DNA of 64,000 bases, taken from contig CAXXKD010000001.1 in NCBI GenBank assembly GCA_963422375.2, forward strand, positions 416,001-480,000. The letters run 5' to 3'. The stretch's first letter is position 1; each line of letters starts with the position of its first letter. This DNA comes from Bryobacterales bacterium. GTDB taxonomy: Bacteria > Acidobacteriota > Terriglobia > Bryobacterales > UBA6623. Position numbers and translations under genes: made by a program. Below the pieces are notes generated by a model. The model worked only from the letters and a program-made list of their open reading frames with translations. It made no database searches and was not told the DNA's origin. Below, in pieces: positions 48,432 to 58,461 of this stretch.

Positions 48432-50474
48432 ATGCATCGAAGGCTCGTCCTGATCTGCTCGGCCGCCCTTGCGGCCTCCGTCGCGCAGGCCGGTGTCGTC
48501 GCGGTGGATGTCAGTGGCAGGGATGCCGTGCTGGGTGGGAGGTCCTTCGGCCTGGCTGGCTCGTACGAGAGGATCACCGGGACGATGCGGTTCGCCGTCG
48601 ATCCCGCCGACGCGGCGAACCGCATCGTCACCGATATTGCACTCGCCCCCCGCAATCGCGCCGGAGAAGTCGAGTTCTCCTCGGCGTTCTATCTCCTCAA
48701 GCCGGTCAACATGGCGCGAGCGAACGGTGCGGTCCTGTACGAGGTCTCCAATCGCGGCCGGAAGGGCATGCTGAGCTTCTACAATCTCGCCGCCGGCAGC
48801 CTCGACCCGCGCTCCGAGCGCGAGTTCGGCGACGGCTACCTGATGGAGGAAGGCTACACGCTCCTGTGGCTCGGCTGGCAGTTCGACCCGCCCCTGCGTC
48901 CGGGGCTCTTGCGGCTCAAGACACCCGTCGCGGCGCGTGGCGGCGAGCCGATCCGGGGCCTCGTCCGCAGCGACTTCGTGGTCTCGGACCGGGCGGCCGC
49001 GCATTCCCTCGCGGACCGCAGCCACGTGCCGTACGCCGTCGCCGACCCCGGGGCGGCGGAAAACGTGCTGACGGTGCGAGACGAGGCTGTCGGCCGACGC
49101 GAGGTCATTCCGCGCGACCGCTGGAAGTTCGCGCGCATGGAGAACGGCAAGCCCGTCCCGGACAGCGGCTCGGTCTGGCTCGAGGGCGGCTTCGAGCCCA
49201 ACCGGATCTACGAGGTCGTGTACGTCTCGGAGAACCCGCCCTTGGTCGGACTTGGCCCGGCCGCCGTGCGGGACGCTGTGTCGCACCTGAAATACGAGGG
49301 CTCCGCATCGCTCGGCATCGGCACCGAGGCGCTCGACCGTACGATCGCGTTCGGCATCTCGCAGAGCGGCCGGTTCCTGCGGACGTTTCTCTACTACGGC
49401 TACAACCGGGACGAGCAAGGCCGGATCGCATTCGACGGGATCATGTCGCACGTGGCCGGGGGAGGGCGGGGCAGCTTCAACCATCGGTTCGCGCAGCCGT
49501 CCCGGGACGCGCATCCCTACATGAACTTCCTCCACCCCACGGATATCTTCCCGTTCAGCGACAAGGCCCAGCGCGACCCGGAGACGGGACGCGAGGACGG
49601 CATCCTGACGCACGGGCTCGACCGCAGGTTCTGGCCCAAGATCTTCTACACCAACTCGTCGTACGAGTACTGGGGGCGCGCCGCATCGCTGATCCACACC
49701 GACATCGAGGGGACCCGGGATATCGAGATCTTCGACAACGTGCGCGTCTTCCTGTTTTCCGGGGCGCAGCACGGGCCCGGCTCGTTCCCGCCTACCGTAT
49801 CCATCGGCCAGCAGAAGGCCAACCCGCTCGATTTCCGCTGGTCGATGCGCTCGCTCCTGAGGGCCATGAACCGCTGGACGGCCGACGGCGCGGAGCCTCT
49901 CGAGAGCCGCTACCCCCGGATTGCGGACGCCACCCTGGTGAGGCCCGAGAGGCTGGGCTTCCCCGCGATCCCCGGCGTGCGCACGTCGTCCAAGGTGCAC
50001 GAGGCCTACCGGGCGGACTACGGGCCGCGCTTCGTGAGCGAAGGGATCGTCACCCGGGAGCCACCCGCCGTCGGCAAGGCGTTTCCGATTCTCGTGCCGT
50101 CCGTCGACAGCGACGGCAACGAGACCGCCGGGGTCCGCATGCCCGAATTGCAGGCCCCGCTCGCGACCTACACGGGCTGGAACCTGTTCAACGCTCGCTC
50201 CGGCCCGACGGACGAGATCTCGAGCATGGTCGGGTCCTACATTCCATTCCCGCGGACGGGCGCCGAGCGCGAGGCCCGCGGGGATCCGCGCCCGTCGATC
50301 GAGGAGCGCTACGGAAGCCGGTCCGAGTACCTCGGGCGAGTCGCCGAGGCGGGCTTGGCCCTGATCGGGGACGGCCTGCTGCTCGAGCGCGACCTGCCCG
50401 CCGTGGTTCGCAACGCTGCCCGTCACTGGGACTACCTAATGACGGATTCCCCTTCGGATGCCGCCGGTCGCTGA
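48432..50474 (+). CDS. Secreted alpha/beta-hydrolase-domain protein
   Basis: Signal peptide, NRG, GWQ.D, nucleophile elbow GISQSG, EYW, DSDGNE..GVR.P. Confidence 0.85.
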   Translation: MHRRLVLICSAALAASVAQAGVVAVDVSGRDAVLGGRSFGLAGSYERITGTMRFAVDPADAANRIVTDIALAPRNRAGEVEFSSAFYLLKPVNMARANGAVLYEVSNRGRKGMLSFYNLAAGSLDPRSEREFGDGYLMEEGYTLLWLGWQFDPPLRPGLLRLKTPVAARGGEPIRGLVRSDFVVSDRAAAHSLADRSHVPYAVADPGAAENVLTVRDEAVGRREVIPRDRWKFARMENGKPVPDSGSVWLEGGFEPNRIYEVVYVSENPPLVGLGPAAVRDAVSHLKYEGSASLGIGTEALDRTIAFGISQSGRFLRTFLYYGYNRDEQGRIAFDGIMSHVAGGGRGSFNHRFAQPSRDAHPYMNFLHPTDIFPFSDKAQRDPETGREDGILTHGLDRRFWPKIFYTNSSYEYWGRAASLIHTDIEGTRDIEIFDNVRVFLFSGAQHGPGSFPPTVSIGQQKANPLDFRWSMRSLLRAMNRWTADGAEPLESRYPRIADATLVRPERLGFPAIPGVRTSSKVHEAYRADYGPRFVSEGIVTREPPAVGKAFPILVPSVDSDGNETAGVRMPELQAPLATYTGWNLFNARSGPTDEISSMVGSYIPFPRTGAEREARGDPRPSIEERYGSRSEYLGRVAEAGLALIGDGLLLERDLPAVVRNAARHWDYLMTDSPSDAAGR

Positions 50475-50492
50475 TCCGGCCGGTCGCAGTCG

Positions 50493-51059
50493 TCAGTACG
50501 GCTCCGTCGCGCCCGTCAGCTGGGGTTCTTCGGGCGGCTCCGGCGAGTCCGGGCAGCGCGCGGAGCGGCGGAACGGCCGCGGGTCGCGCGACGCCAGTTC
50601 GTAGGCCGGGATGAAGGCCCGCATCAGGCCGAACGCGCAGTGGCGGGACTGCTGGTTCAGGAAGTGCTGCGCTTCGTGCGCGGCCACCCTCGCCAAGGCC
50701 CTGCCGACCACGGCGGCGCTGTTCGGCTCGCCGAGATGGCGGACCACCGGTCCGTGAAACACCTGCAAGCGCGGCGTGATTCGGTCGCTCTCGCGATGGG
50801 CGAGCCCTAGCACGCCTGCGAGACCCGGGGGCGCCTCCGTCTCGACGGCAAGCAGGATCCGGGGACCTGCCGACTCGCATCCGTTGAACTCTACCCCCGC
50901 CACGCGATTTCCGATCACCGATTGGAATTCTCTCAATACAGCGGCTCTCGTCGGGGGACTCAGCAAGGCCCCGGGGTCCTCCACGCACACGCGCCACATC
51001 GCTCCGGCCGCGCTCGGAGCGGCCAGCGCGGCGAGCACTCCCGCGAGAACCTTAACCAT
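50493..51059 (-). CDS. Secreted protein with a zincin-like HExxH motif
   Basis: Signal peptide; AHEAQHFL....H...GLM. Confidence 0.7.
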   Translation of the reverse strand: MVKVLAGVLAALAAPSAAGAMWRVCVEDPGALLSPPTRAAVLREFQSVIGNRVAGVEFNGCESAGPRILLAVETEAPPGLAGVLGLAHRESDRITPRLQVFHGPVVRHLGEPNSAAVVGRALARVAAHEAQHFLNQQSRHCAFGLMRAFIPAYELASRDPRPFRRSARCPDSPEPPEEPQLTGATEPY

Positions 51060-51074
51060 CTCTTAATCTTGTTC

Positions 51075-51103
51075 ATGATATGCCGGTGTCGTAGTGCGGT
51101 CAA
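51075..51103 (-). promoter_or_regulatory. sigma70-type promoter for the 50493-51059 gene
   Basis: TTGACC-N17-TATCAT on the minus strand, 15 nt before the ATG. Confidence 0.7.
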
Positions 51104-51157
51104 GCGGGAGGCGAGACTAAGACCTGTCGCGTCGGAGGGCAGGGGAGGCTCGCGGCC

Positions 51158-51418
51158 CTATTCGGCGGCGAATTGGTTCCAGCGCTTCCAAGTGAGCCAG
51201 GCCAGGCCCAGCGCCACGCCAGCCGGCGGGATCGCCAGCGCGACAATGCCCCGCTTGAGCGAGTCGATGGCCCGTCCCTTCTGGAAGGCTGCCGTCTCGC
51301 GGCACATCGGGCAGCCCTGGGCGGGGGCAACCGCCGGCAGCGCAAGCAGGACCGCCAGCAGGAGCAGGGCGCGGGACGGCCGCGGAGCCGGGCCCACCCG
51401 CCGCGCCGGTCGCGTCAA
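51158..51418 (-). CDS. Small membrane protein with CxxC (CPMC), last gene of the cox operon
   Basis: TTG overlaps the subunit IV stop; signal-like stretch, AQGCPMC, then a TM helix. Confidence 0.65.
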   Translation of the reverse strand: MTRPARRVGPAPRPSRALLLLAVLLALPAVAPAQGCPMCRETAAFQKGRAIDSLKRGIVALAIPPAGVALGLAWLTWKRWNQFAAE

Positions 51419-51963
51419 GGGCGCAGCTCCAGGAGCAGGAAGCTGTCCGGGAAGAAGTAGCCGCACATGATGGCGATGCAGGCGATTGCCGGCGCGGCGA
51501 CGATCCATGAAAGGTGCGGGTGGTCGAACTTCAGGTGCATGAAGCATGCCATGATCATGATCGCCTTGATCACCGACAGCACCAGCAGGATGACCAGCAT
51601 CACGACCGCGGCCGCGATCTGCACGTAAGCCAGCACGACCTCGAGGGCGGTGAAGGCGAGCAGGCCGAGCCAGATCTTGTTGAACAGCGGGATGTGAGCG
51701 TCCTCGTAGGCGGAATCCTCCGGCAGCACGTACCGCGCCGCCGGGGCCCGCCCGCCCGTCGCGGTCCCGGCTGGCAGCGCGGGATAGAAGCGCCATGCGA
51801 GGTAGCCGAAGCAAGTGACGCCCATCAAGGCGGCGAATAGCGTCAGGAAGAGATTGTCCAGCGTGGCCGTCAGCGTGCCGGCGGCAACCTGGCCGCCGAC
51901 GATGGCGAAGCCCCACGCGCCGAGCGCTAGGCAGAAAAGGTAGCCGATCAGGGATAGCAGCAT
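51415..51963 (-). CDS. Cytochrome c oxidase subunit IV family protein with N-terminal TM extension
   Basis: IWLGLLAFTALEV...KAIMIMACFMHLKFD. Confidence 0.85.
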   Translation of the reverse strand: MLLSLIGYLFCLALGAWGFAIVGGQVAAGTLTATLDNLFLTLFAALMGVTCFGYLAWRFYPALPAGTATGGRAPAARYVLPEDSAYEDAHIPLFNKIWLGLLAFTALEVVLAYVQIAAAVVMLVILLVLSVIKAIMIMACFMHLKFDHPHLSWIVAAPAIACIAIMCGYFFPDSFLLLELRP

Positions 51964-51980
51964 GGCGTCTCCTCTCTCGC

Positions 51981-52613
51981 TCAGTCCACGGCCGTGGACA
52001 TCAGGTAGATCATCGGGAAGACGAACATCCACACTAGGTCGACGAAGTGCCAGTACAGGCCCGCGACCTCGACGTCCTCGGGAATCCACTTGCCGCGCCG
52101 GTAGCCCGCCGCGAGGATTCCGAGGTAGGCCACCCCGGTGATCACGTGGAACATGTGCAGGCCCGTGATCAGGAAGAACGTGCCCCCGAACAGCGGCGTG
52201 CCGTACGGGTTCGACCAAGGGTACATGCCCTCGTCGCGCATCAGGTGCAGCCATTCGTACCCGTGCAGCACCACGAAAGCAGTGCCGAGCGCCGCCGTGG
52301 CCCAGACCCACTTCACGGCCCTGCGCCTGGCGCCGTGATGCGCCGCCGAGACCGCGTACACCATGGTCAGGCTGCTGGACAGCAGCACGAGGGTCATGAG
52401 CGTCGAGAAGAGAATTGACGGGTTGAAATGGAAGGGCGTCGGCCAGTCGTTCGCCGCCCGCACGAAGCTGTACGTCAGCAGCAGCGCCGAGAACGTCAGC
52501 GAGTCCGAGACGATGAACAGCCACATCCCCAGCTTCTTGTGGCCGACCGCGAGCGGCGTGCCGCCCCCCTGCCATGTCGGTTCGGCCATGGCGGCCGCGT
52601 GCCCTTCCGACAT
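51981..52613 (-). CDS. ctaE: Heme-copper oxidase subunit III (paralog 2)
   Basis: KLGMWLFIVSD, TGLHMFHV, GLYWHFVDLVW. Confidence 0.9.
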   Translation of the reverse strand: MSEGHAAAMAEPTWQGGGTPLAVGHKKLGMWLFIVSDSLTFSALLLTYSFVRAANDWPTPFHFNPSILFSTLMTLVLLSSSLTMVYAVSAAHHGARRRAVKWVWATAALGTAFVVLHGYEWLHLMRDEGMYPWSNPYGTPLFGGTFFLITGLHMFHVITGVAYLGILAAGYRRGKWIPEDVEVAGLYWHFVDLVWMFVFPMIYLMSTAVD

Positions 52614-52617
52614 CCGC

Positions 52618-53280
52618 TTACCTCCAGATCAGCAGCAGTCCCAGGATGTAGATCCACAGGACATCAAGGAAATGCCAGTACAGCGCCGTCGCCTCGACGG
52701 CCGCCTCCCGCGTCGGCCAGGCGCCCCGCCCGCGCAGGCGCGCCCAGACGTAGCCGAGCGCCGCGACCCCGCCCGCCAGGTGCGCGCCGTGCGCGGCCGT
52801 GAGCAGGTAGTAGAATGAGTTCGCCGGGTTCGAGGCGAGGTAGATGCCCCGCTCCGCGAGCGCCTGCCAGCCGAGCAGCTGGCAGGCTAGGAACGCGAGG
52901 CCGAGGGCGGCCGAGACGTTGACCCAGCGCCGCAGCGGGCCCGTCCGGCCTTCCCGCAGGCCCGTCCTCGCCCGCTCGACCGTCCAGCTCGAGGCCAGCA
53001 GGATGGCCGTGCTCGCGTACAGCACCGGGGGCAGCGCGAACGGCTGCCAGTCGCCGGACAGGCCCTCGCGCACGATCATCGCGCTGGTCAGGGCGGCGAA
53101 GAACATGACGATGCCGCCCATGCCGATCCAGACCGCCAGCCGGTAGCGCTGCGCTAGGCGCGGGTCGCCGCCGTCAGGCCCGCCCCGGTCGCCTTCCGAC
53201 TCGGGCGGCAGGGTGACGAATCCGCCTCGGCCCGGTTCGAGGCGGGGCGGGGCCTCGGCTTCCGTGAGTGTCGCCGGCAT
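52618..53280 (-). CDS. ctaE: Heme-copper oxidase subunit III (paralog 1)
   Basis: FFAALTSA, HGAHLAGG, LYWHFLDVLW. Confidence 0.9.
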   Translation of the reverse strand: MPATLTEAEAPPRLEPGRGGFVTLPPESEGDRGGPDGGDPRLAQRYRLAVWIGMGGIVMFFAALTSAMIVREGLSGDWQPFALPPVLYASTAILLASSWTVERARTGLREGRTGPLRRWVNVSAALGLAFLACQLLGWQALAERGIYLASNPANSFYYLLTAAHGAHLAGGVAALGYVWARLRGRGAWPTREAAVEATALYWHFLDVLWIYILGLLLIWR

Positions 53281-53285
53281 GCTCT

Positions 53286-55106
53286 CTAGTCGCCCGCCGC
53301 GGGCGGGGCGGGGAATACCGCCTTGTCGTTGTTGCACTGCATGGCGAAATCGCGCTTCGCTCCCGACAGGCTGAAATCGTAGGCGCCGCGGTAGACGTGG
53401 GGCACCTTGCCGCCGAAGTTGTCATGCGGCGGCGGCGAAGGGATCGCCCATTCCAGCGTCGTCGCCTCCCACGGGTTGTCCTCCTTGCACACGGCTCCCC
53501 GGAGCAGGCTGCCTGCGAAGTTGTAGAGGAACAGGAACTGGACCAGGATGGTCAGGACCGCCGCCACCGTGATGAACATGTGCAGGTCGGCGGCTCCCGT
53601 CGTGCCGAGGTAGTCCACGCCGGTGATCTCCGCGTAGCGGCGCGGGTGCGGCAGCAGCCCGAGGAAGTGCATCGGGCCGAAGACGGCGTAGACCCCGGTG
53701 AACGTGACCCAGAAGTGGATCTTGCTGAGGCGCTCGTCCATGAAGCGCCCGAACATCTTGGGGAACCAGAACGTGAGGCCGGCGAACATGCCGAAGATGG
53801 CCGCCACGCCCATGATCAGGTGGAAGTGCGCCACGACGAAGTAGGTGTCGTGGAAGAACAGGTCGATCGTGGGCTGACCGAGGAAGATGCCCGACAGGCC
53901 GCCCGAGACGAACAGCGAGACGAAGCCGATCGAGTACAGCATCGGCGAGGTGAAGCGGATCTTGCCGCCCCACATCGTGCCAATCCAGTTGAAGGTCTTG
54001 ATGGCCGAGGGGACGCCGATGCACATGGTCAGCACGGAGAAGACGAACGCCGAGTACGGGCTCATCCCGCTCACGAACATGTGGTGCCCCCAGACCACGA
54101 AGCCGAGGATCCCGATCGCCAGCACCGCCAGCACCATCGCCTTGTAGCCGAACACTGTCCGGCGTGCGAAGGTCGCCAGCACGTGCGAGGTCACGCCCAT
54201 GCCCGGGAGAATCGCGATGTATACCTCGGGGTGGCCGAAGAACCAGAACAGGTGCTGCCACAGGATCGGCGAGCCGCCCGAATGGTCGATCACCTTGTCG
54301 CTGACCACGAGGCCGGCCGGGACGAAGAAGCTCGTCCCGACGTTGCGGTCCATCAGCAGCAGCACCCCCGCCGCCAGCAGCACGCCGAACGCCAGCAGGC
54401 CTAGGATGGCCGTAACGAACCACGTCCAGCACGTCAGCGGCAAGCGCATCATGGTGAGGCCCTTGGCGCGCAGGTCCAAGGTCGTGACGATGAAGTTGAG
54501 CGCGCCCAGCAGCGAGGCGATGCAGAACGTCGCGATCGACGCGATCCACAGATCCTGCCCGATGCCCTGCACGGTCGCCTCCGGCACCGCGCTCAGCGGC
54601 GGGTAGCCCGTCCAGCCCGTCATCGGCGCGCCGCCCTCGACGAAAAACGCCGCCATGAGCAGCAGGAACGACACGAAGGTCGTCCAGAACGACAGCATGT
54701 TCAGGCGCGGGAACGCCATGTCGGCGGCGCCGATCTGGATCGGCAGGAAGTAGTTGCCGAAGCCGCCCTGCGGCGCGGTGGTGAGGACCATGAAGACCAT
54801 CACCGTGCCGTGCATCGTAAGCATCGCGAGGTAGAACTCCGGCGTCATCACTCCGTCCGGCGCGCCGACCGGGAAGAGCTGGCCCAGCAGCGGGATGGAC
54901 TGGTCCGGCCAGACCAGCCGCAGCCGCACGAGCAGGCTCAGCCCCATGCCGACGAACACGGCGACGAGGGCCAGCAGGATGTACTGGATGCCGATCACCT
55001 TGTGGTCGATCGAGAAGATGTACTTCCACACGAAGCTCTTCGGCTCCGGGTGGCGATGCACCTCGGTGTACTCGGCGACTTCCGGGGATACCTGAACTTC
55101 AGTCAT
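53286..55106 (-). CDS. ctaD: Cytochrome c oxidase subunit I (A1 type)
   Basis: DHKVIG, TMHG, WFFGHPEVY, WGHH, HDTYFVVAHFH, PRRY. Confidence 0.96.
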   Translation of the reverse strand: MTEVQVSPEVAEYTEVHRHPEPKSFVWKYIFSIDHKVIGIQYILLALVAVFVGMGLSLLVRLRLVWPDQSIPLLGQLFPVGAPDGVMTPEFYLAMLTMHGTVMVFMVLTTAPQGGFGNYFLPIQIGAADMAFPRLNMLSFWTTFVSFLLLMAAFFVEGGAPMTGWTGYPPLSAVPEATVQGIGQDLWIASIATFCIASLLGALNFIVTTLDLRAKGLTMMRLPLTCWTWFVTAILGLLAFGVLLAAGVLLLMDRNVGTSFFVPAGLVVSDKVIDHSGGSPILWQHLFWFFGHPEVYIAILPGMGVTSHVLATFARRTVFGYKAMVLAVLAIGILGFVVWGHHMFVSGMSPYSAFVFSVLTMCIGVPSAIKTFNWIGTMWGGKIRFTSPMLYSIGFVSLFVSGGLSGIFLGQPTIDLFFHDTYFVVAHFHLIMGVAAIFGMFAGLTFWFPKMFGRFMDERLSKIHFWVTFTGVYAVFGPMHFLGLLPHPRRYAEITGVDYLGTTGAADLHMFITVAAVLTILVQFLFLYNFAGSLLRGAVCKEDNPWEATTLEWAIPSPPPHDNFGGKVPHVYRGAYDFSLSGAKRDFAMQCNNDKAVFPAPPAAGD

Positions 55107-55142
55107 GACCTCGTTTCCTCAACGCCGTTGCCCGCGCGCGGG

Positions 55143-55961
55143 TCAGAACAGGTAGGAAGCCTGCTCCGCGATCCAGGCGTCGTATTCCTCTTGGCTGACG
55201 ACGTGCAGGAAGCTGCGCATCTTGTAGTGGCCGAGGCCGCACAGTTCCGAGCAGACGATTTCGTACTTGCCTTCCTTATCCGGCTTGAACTCCAGCTTCC
55301 CGACCAGGCCGGGAACGGTGTCGAGCTTGATGCGCAGCTCGGGCACGAAGAAGTTGTGCAGCACGTCCTTCGACTTGAGCAGGACCTCGACGTCCATGTT
55401 GACCGGGACGCGCATCTCCGGGACCATGATGTCGTCCTTGCCGGCGGGCGCGCCGCGGTCGACGCCCACGGGGTTGCCTGCGGCGTCGTCGATGAGGCTG
55501 ATATCGGTCGGCCCGAACTCGTTGTCGGCGCCCGCGTAGCGCATGTTCCAGACGAACTGCTGGCCGGTGATTTCCACCACGATGCGGTTCTCGGGCTGCT
55601 TGCCGGCCTGCTGCCTCTGGTCGATGAAGCGTGTCTCGGCCCAGACCGTGTACCCGTATAACGTCAGTCCGAGGAAGATCGCCGCCGCCGCGACCGTCCA
55701 GAGCAGCTCCAGGCGGTTGTTGCCGTGCGTGTCCGAGGCCGGGCCCTCCGACTTGCGGCCGAAGCGCCAGACGGTGTACCCGAGCGCCGCCTGGGCGAGC
55801 AGGAAGATGATGCCCGTGAAAATCAGCGTGAAGTTGAAGGTGCTGTCGATCTCGCGCCCCAGAGCTGTGATCGGCTCCGGCATCCACCACGTCTGCGTGA
55901 CGAAGGGGATCGATATCGCGAGAGTGATGGCCCAGACAGCAATTGCTAGCAGTAGACCCAT
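55143..55961 (-). CDS. ctaC: Cytochrome c oxidase subunit II (CuA, no fused cytochrome c)
   Basis: DVLH ... CSELCGLGHYKM. Confidence 0.95.
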   Translation of the reverse strand: MGLLLAIAVWAITLAISIPFVTQTWWMPEPITALGREIDSTFNFTLIFTGIIFLLAQAALGYTVWRFGRKSEGPASDTHGNNRLELLWTVAAAAIFLGLTLYGYTVWAETRFIDQRQQAGKQPENRIVVEITGQQFVWNMRYAGADNEFGPTDISLIDDAAGNPVGVDRGAPAGKDDIMVPEMRVPVNMDVEVLLKSKDVLHNFFVPELRIKLDTVPGLVGKLEFKPDKEGKYEIVCSELCGLGHYKMRSFLHVVSQEEYDAWIAEQASYLF

Positions 55962-56092
55962 GGAAGGCTCGAACCTCGTTGGCGGATACGCGCGCGACTT
56001 CGAATCGCTGCGGGCCCCGGTACGCCGGGGGCTCGTCGAAAGAACCAGTGTAGCAACTCGCCGGCGAGCGTTCCGCGGGGCGGCCGGGACGC

Positions 56093-57277
56093 CTAGCGGG
56101 GCGCTGTTCCGGGCCGCGGAGGAGCGAGCCTGCTCAGTTCGTCCGCGAGCGCGTCCGGGCCTCTGGAGCGGTAGATCTCCGCTAGGCGGCGCTCCTCGGC
56201 CGACACCGGGATCGCCTCGAGCAGGCGCGACTGCTCGAGCGCCTCGCGGGCCGGCACCCAGACGCGGCCGTCCGCCATGTGGGCGCTGCGCAGGTAGGCG
56301 CTCATGGAGTCGATCTTCAGCGGTGCGCCGTCGCCGCTGCGACGGAGTTCGAAGCTCCCGTCGGATCGCGTCTCGAACCGCTCGCCGGGGCCCAGTCCGG
56401 GGCTTCCCTCGAGCGGCGCCGCTCCCACCGAGTAGACCCGCCCGTAGCGATCGCCCACCAGCCAGCCCAGCTCGAACTCGCGGACCGCCGCGCCCGCGCG
56501 ATTCTGCAGCAGGATGCGCGGCGCGTCCGTGGCGGTCGCCGTCACTAGCGCCGTCCCGTGCTCCAGCACCAGCGGCGCGTCCGCCTGCTGGACGAGGGCG
56601 AGCTGGATTCGCCGGGCCGTTCCGTTCGCTGCGGCCGTCGCCGGGCCGTCGCCGGCCAGGCGGACGTCGAGGCGCGGCCTGGCCGACTGCCGTCGCAGGC
56701 TGGCCTGCATGGCCTCGGCTAGAGCCTTCCGCCCGCCGGACTGCCAGCGGGCCAGGAAGTAGGCCCTGTCGCGACGGGCCTCCATCTCGCGGGCCTTCAT
56801 CTTGGGCAGCGAGCCCAGCCGGTCCGGCCCGGCCGAGGCCAGGGTGTCGAAGAGCACGGCATCGGCCGCGACGCGCACGACCGGCCCCGGCGGTCTCGGC
56901 AGCGGCCGCAGCATGCGCAGGTGGAGGTGGATTTCGAACTCCTCGCCGCGCGGCACGTGCAGGCTGGGCGCGGCCACCCCGGCGCGCCCGCCGAGCATCC
57001 GCTCGTGCGCGTCGACCGCCAGGGTGACCGCCCGCACGGCGACGGGGCCCTCGTGCCGGAACCGGATCGAGCCCGCCAGCTCGATCACCAGCGCTCCGCC
57101 GCGCGGCTCGAACTCGCTTGCGGAGAAGTCGCTGGAAACCGCCCGCAGTGGCACGTCCTCGGGAACTTCGACCGCGACCTCAAGCTGCCGGTTCGCCTCG
57201 GACTGCGCCGGGGCGGCGTGGCAGGCGAGCAGCGCCGCCAGAGCGAGGCGGGGGGTGCTGCCGGCAGGGATTCTCAT
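56093..57277 (-). CDS. Hypothetical secreted protein in the ECF sigma operon
   Basis: Signal peptide; ATGA overlap with the anti-sigma gene; 394 aa. Confidence 0.7.
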   Translation of the reverse strand: MRIPAGSTPRLALAALLACHAAPAQSEANRQLEVAVEVPEDVPLRAVSSDFSASEFEPRGGALVIELAGSIRFRHEGPVAVRAVTLAVDAHERMLGGRAGVAAPSLHVPRGEEFEIHLHLRMLRPLPRPPGPVVRVAADAVLFDTLASAGPDRLGSLPKMKAREMEARRDRAYFLARWQSGGRKALAEAMQASLRRQSARPRLDVRLAGDGPATAAANGTARRIQLALVQQADAPLVLEHGTALVTATATDAPRILLQNRAGAAVREFELGWLVGDRYGRVYSVGAAPLEGSPGLGPGERFETRSDGSFELRRSGDGAPLKIDSMSAYLRSAHMADGRVWVPAREALEQSRLLEAIPVSAEERRLAEIYRSRGPDALADELSRLAPPRPGTAPR

Positions 57278-57780
57278 GGCGCGTAATACTCGGTCACGGT
57301 CAGCGTCCCGGACGCCGCGTGGAAGGCGCGAACGCTGAGGCCGCCGCCGGCCGTGACTTGGGTCTCGGCCCCTCGGTACGCGAGAGGCAGCCGCGACGCG
57401 GGCGGTGGCGCGCCGGTACGGGCCGTCGCCGGAGGATCGGGATTCCCGCCGCGACCGAACAGGAAGATCGCGAGCGCGACGGCTGCCAGGCCCGCCGCGG
57501 CCGCACCCTTCGGCAGCCAGCCCGAGCGCAGGGGCGTGCGCCGGGGCACTTGCTCGGCCTCGACCCGGGCTCGGTGGGCCAGCGCGCCGAAGTCCGGTTC
57601 CGCCACGGGCGGGCCGGGGCGGAGCTCGGCGCGGTCGCGGACGAAGGCGGCGAGCGACTCGCCGCATTGCGGGCACCTCTCGAGGTGCCTCGCGGCCAGC
57701 CAGCGCGCCCCGGCGCCTAGGTCGCCGCCGGCGAGCAGGCTGAGCGTGCGCTCGCTCGGATGCCGGCCGATGCCTCTCAC
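57274..57780 (-). CDS. Zinc-finger (zf-HC2) anti-sigma factor
   Basis: H...HLERCPQC motif and a TM helix; coupled to the sigma gene. Confidence 0.85.
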   Translation of the reverse strand: MRGIGRHPSERTLSLLAGGDLGAGARWLAARHLERCPQCGESLAAFVRDRAELRPGPPVAEPDFGALAHRARVEAEQVPRRTPLRSGWLPKGAAAAGLAAVALAIFLFGRGGNPDPPATARTGAPPPASRLPLAYRGAETQVTAGGGLSVRAFHAASGTLTVTEYYAP

Positions 57781-58352
57781 AGCTCCCTGTCCTTCCGGTA
57801 CTTGCGAAACTTAACACGCGCGTTCGCGATGTGCGACCTCACTGTCGCCGTGGAGCATCCCATCGCCTTGGCCACCTCGGCGGCCGGCATGTCCTCCACG
57901 TCGCGCAGCAGCAGCGCTGTTCGCTCCCGCCCCGACAGCAGCTCCAGGCCTCCCTCGAGCCACGAGCGGGTCTCGGCGCGCAACGCGCCCTGCTCCGGGC
58001 TCTCCGCCTGCGCGGCGGGGCCCGCCCCGATTTCCTCGAAGGCGACGCGGCCTCGCCTTCTGACGAAGTCGAGGGCGGTGTTGACGGCGATCCGGTTCAG
58101 CCACTGCGCGGCCTTGCGGTCGTCCTGCAGCTGCCCGCGGCGCCTGAGCGCCTTGACCAGCGCGTCCTGGGTCAGGTCCTGGGCGTCGGGCACGTTGCCG
58201 ACAATGCGGTAGATGAGGCGGAACATGCGGCGCGCGTGCGTCTCGAGCGTTCCGTCGGCCGCCGACTCCGCCGCCGGTTCGCCGCCCGCCAGGCCGTCGC
58301 GCCGCTCAGGCGCCATCGGGAATCCAGAGCATGGCATGGCCGGTGGATCCAC
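57777..58352 (-). CDS. ECF RNA polymerase sigma-70 factor
   Basis: DAQDLTQD, WLNRIAVNTALD, region 4 EVAKAMGCSTATVRSH. Start codon uncertain. Confidence 0.92.
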   Translation of the reverse strand: MDPPAMPCSGFPMAPERRDGLAGGEPAAESAADGTLETHARRMFRLIYRIVGNVPDAQDLTQDALVKALRRRGQLQDDRKAAQWLNRIAVNTALDFVRRRGRVAFEEIGAGPAAQAESPEQGALRAETRSWLEGGLELLSGRERTALLLRDVEDMPAAEVAKAMGCSTATVRSHIANARVKFRKYRKDREL

Positions 58353-58377
58353 GCTCGTTCCGCAGCCTCCACAGGTC

Positions 58378-58405
58378 TAGACGCAGCGGGCCCGCCTTCC
58401 GTGCA
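58378..58405 (-). promoter_or_regulatory. Putative autoregulatory ECF promoter
   Basis: TGCAC-N17-CGTCTA upstream of the sigma gene. Confidence 0.5.
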
Positions 58406-58461
58406 GGCTCGCGGGGCGCATTTCGCCTGGCGAGCTCGCTGATACACTCGGAATTCTGAGC

